A stretch of DNA of 64,000 nucleotides, from the IMG/VR virus record IMGVR_UViG_3300027836_000011, positions 1,952 to 65,951 of that record, one strand, 5' to 3'. Positions within the stretch are counted from its first letter, which is position 1. Each line of letters starts with the position of its first letter. Positions 64,000 through 64,000 of this stretch are shown here, piece by piece. Source of the DNA: a virus. A program made the position numbers and the translations under genes. A model generated the notes under the pieces. It was not told where the DNA came from. It did not search any database and saw only the letters and a program-made list of their open reading frames with translations.

Positions 64000-64000
64000 T

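Noticed and set aside
1-64000. CRISPR array, tRNA, rRNA, IS/transposase or integrase
   Set aside because: No regularly spaced direct repeats, cloverleaf-like segments or relevant protein motifs were seen, and intergenic gaps are short.

Overview
AT-rich dsDNA bacteriophage DNA, standard genetic code. Bases 1-1427 carry the 3' part of a class Ia ribonucleotide reductase large subunit (+ strand). After a hairpin-rich convergent junction (1430-1570), the rest is one minus-strand virion (late) module. Read from the right end it runs: terminase C-terminus, portal, scaffold-like protein, major capsid protein, head/ring proteins, a Dps/ferritin-like protein, tail-hub-like and tail-fibre genes, Cys-rich FN3/VWA proteins, an insulated metallophosphoesterase, an HU/IHF-like protein, two ring/tubular proteins, a 2036-aa tail muzzle/stabilisation protein, and six large putative ejected cargo proteins. 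The cargo includes a 4707-aa single-chain virion RNA polymerase (RIP...GADFDIDK) with a HEAFH zincin domain. This gene order and content match crAss-like phages. TAnnTTTG elements, A-rich leaders without Shine-Dalgarno motifs and a class Ia RNR suggest an aerobic Bacteroidota host (inference). Main leads: (i) three adjacent cargo proteins appear to be built from modules separated by recurring (K/R)-x-x-G-G linkers, next to a virion-borne protease, suggesting a polyprotein-processing or effector-cassette system; (ii) ART-like, lytic transglycosylase, PD-(D/E)xK nuclease and GNAT-like domains sit inside the cargo; (iii) VWA (MIDAS) domains with Cys-rich EGF-like or FN3 neighbours occur in tail proteins; (iv) a late-promoter-like motif usually has a hairpin or palindrome beside it. 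All family assignments come from motifs read by eye and recalled family knowledge; no database search was run.
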